A stretch of DNA of 63,464 nt, filler included, from Chiloscyllium plagiosum (taxonomy: Eukaryota): the NCBI RefSeq assembly GCF_004010195.1. It is 4 parts of one record of this genome, joined end to end, with 100 filler letters (N's around TTAATTAATTAA, not from the genome) between each part and the next. Parts side by side here need not be neighbours in the genome. Positions count along the whole stretch, not along the records: positions 58,300 to 63,464 come from NC_057712.1; 3 more parts are not named here. One strand, 5' to 3'. The translations under genes and the position numbers were made by a program. This document shows, in pieces, positions 61,350 through 63,464 of this stretch; the stretch's first letter is position 1, and every line of letters begins with the position of its first letter. The notes beneath the pieces are model-generated. The model did no database searches and had not been told where the DNA came from. It saw nothing but the letters and a program-made list of their open reading frames with translations.

Positions 61350-63464
61350 TTAGAGTCATAGAGTCAGAGAGATGTACAGCATGGAAACAGACCCTTCGGT
61401 CCGACCTGTCCATGCCGACCAGATATTCCAACCCAATCTAGTCCCACCTACCAGTACCCGGCCCATATCCCTCCAAACCCTTCCTATTCATATACCCATC
61501 CTAATGCCTCTTAAATATTGCAATTGTACCAGCCTCCATCACTTCCTCTGGCAGCTCATTCCATACACGCACCACTCTCTGTGTGAAAACATTGCCCCAT
61601 CGGTTTCTTTTATATCTTTCCCCTCTCACCCTAAACCTATGCCCTCTAGTTCTGGACTCCCCGGCCCCAGGGAAAAGACTTTGCCTATTTACCCTATCCA
61701 TGCCCCTCATAATTTTATAAACCTCTATAAGGTCTCCCCTTAGCCTCCGACACTCCAGGGAAAAAAAGCCCCAGCCTGTCCAACCTCTCCCTATAGCTCA
61801 AATCATCCAACCCCGGCAATATTCTTGTAAATCCTTTCCAAATGCTTTCAAGTTCCACAACACCTTTCCGATAGGAAGGAGACCAGAATTGCATGCAATA
61901 TTCCAACAGTGGCCTAACCAATGTCCTGTACAGCCGCAATATGACCTCCCAACTCCTGTACTCAATACGCTGACCTCTTTGTGGGCGGCACGGTGGCACA
62001 GTGGTTAGCACTGCTGCCTCACAGCGCCAGAGACCCGGGTTCAATTCCCGCCTCAGGCGACTGACTGTGTGGAGTTTGCACGTTCTCCCCGTGTCTGTGT
62101 GGGTTTCCTCTGGGTGCTCCGGTTTCCTCCCACCATCCAAAGATGTGCAGGGCAGGTGAATTGGCCATGCTAAATTGCACGTAGTGTTAGGTAAAGGGGT
62201 GGTCGGTGTGGACTTGTTGGGCCGAAGGGCCTGTTTCCACACTGTAATCTAATCTAATCTAATCTAAAGGAAAGCATACCAAATGCCTTATTCACTATCC
62301 TATCTACCTATAATTCCACTTTCAAGGAGCTATGAATCTGCACTCCAAGGTCTCTTTATTCAGCAATACTCCCTAGGACCTTACCATTAAGTCCTGCTAA
62401 GTTTTGCTTTCCCAAAATGCAGCACCTTGCATTTATCTGAATTAAACTCCATCTGCCACTTCTCAGCCCATTGGCCCATCTGGTCCAGATCCTGTTGTAA
62501 TCTGAGGTAACCCTCTTTGCTCTCCACGACACCTCCAATTTTGGTGTCATCTGCAAACTTACTAACTGTACCTCTTATGCTCACATCCAAATCATTTATA
62601 TAAATGTCAAAAAGTAGAGGACCCAGCACCAATCCTAGTGGCATTCCACTCGTCATAGGCCTCCAGTCTGAAAAACACCACCCTCCACCACCACCCTCTG
62701 TCTTCTACCTTTGAGCCAGTTCTGTATCCAAATGGCTAGTTTTCCCTGTATTCCATGTGATCTAACCTTGCTAATCAGTCTCCCATGGGGAATCTTGTCG
62801 AACGCCTTACTGAAGTCCATATAGATCACATCCACTGCTCTGCACTCGTCAATCTTCTTTGTTACTTCTTAAAAAAACTGAATCAAGTTTGTGAGTCATG
62901 ATTTCTCACGTACAAAGCCAATTTGACTATCCCTAATCAGTCCTTACCTTTCCAAATACATGTACATCCTGTCCCTCAGGACTCCCTCCAACAACTTGCC
63001 CATCACCGAGGTTAGGCTCACCGGTTTATGGTTCCCTGGTTTGTTTTCCACAGTAAATATTGATGCAAAATATTCATTTAGTATCTCCCCCATTTTCTGC
63101 GGCTCCACACAAAGGCTGTCTTGCTGATCTTTGAGGGGCCCTATTCTCTCCCTAGTTACCCTTTTGTCCTTAATATATTTGTAAAAACCCTTTGGATTCT
63201 CTTTAATTCTATTTGCCAAAGCTATTTCATGTCCCCTTTTTGCCCTCCTGATTTCCCTCTTAAGTATACTCCTACTTCCGTTATACTCTTCTAAGGATTC
63301 ACTTGATCTATCCTGTCTATACCTGACACATGCTTCCTTCTTATTCTTAACCAAACCCTCAATTTCTTTAGTCATCCAGCATTCCCTATACCTACCAGCT
63401 TTTCCTTTCACCCTGACAGGAATATACTTTCTCTGGATTCTTGTTATCTCATTTCTGAAGGCTT
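61350..63464 (-). mobile_element. Young CR1 LINE interrupted by a SINE, running off the window
   Basis: Minus ORFs WMTKEIEGL..., [23 protein letters not shown] and LVRPLLEYC; internal deletion near 63040. Confidence 0.93.
61980..62266 (+). mobile_element. Young HE1-type SINE with (taatc)n tail
   Basis: Near-identical head and core to 14841; inserted antisense into CR1. Confidence 0.95.

Overview
Repeat-rich vertebrate genomic DNA, most likely from a shark or other cartilaginous fish, inferred from the HE1/V-SINE, Deu-SINE, CR1 and Penelope content. It comes from a gapped draft assembly with N gaps and three artificial 100-bp joins carrying TTAATTAATTAA. The only host gene I recognise is an intron-containing Elongin A-like gene on the minus strand. 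Three intact, in-phase exons of it lie in the window (13434-13329, 7951-7796, 2720-2623) and cover the BC-box/cullin-box region. A copy of the next exon, with its own splice sites and an in-frame TAA, sits on the OPPOSITE strand upstream at 17860-18040. Most other sequence is decayed retroelements: many CR1 LINE fragments, about ten HE1-type SINEs, a Deu-domain SINE, Tx1 and L2 remnants, a solo LTR, a TA-flanked MITE and Penelope-like elements. The Penelope material includes six short (about 150-330 bp) palindromic insertions whose fold-back centre falls at a minimal hammerhead-ribozyme core; five of them have 10-15 bp target-site duplications. There is also a 1.9-kb 30-bp minisatellite, a 455-bp tandem duplication, a perfect 77-bp inverted repeat and a 27-bp micro-inversion. 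Transposon boundaries are approximate, and family names come from motif recognition, not database searches.
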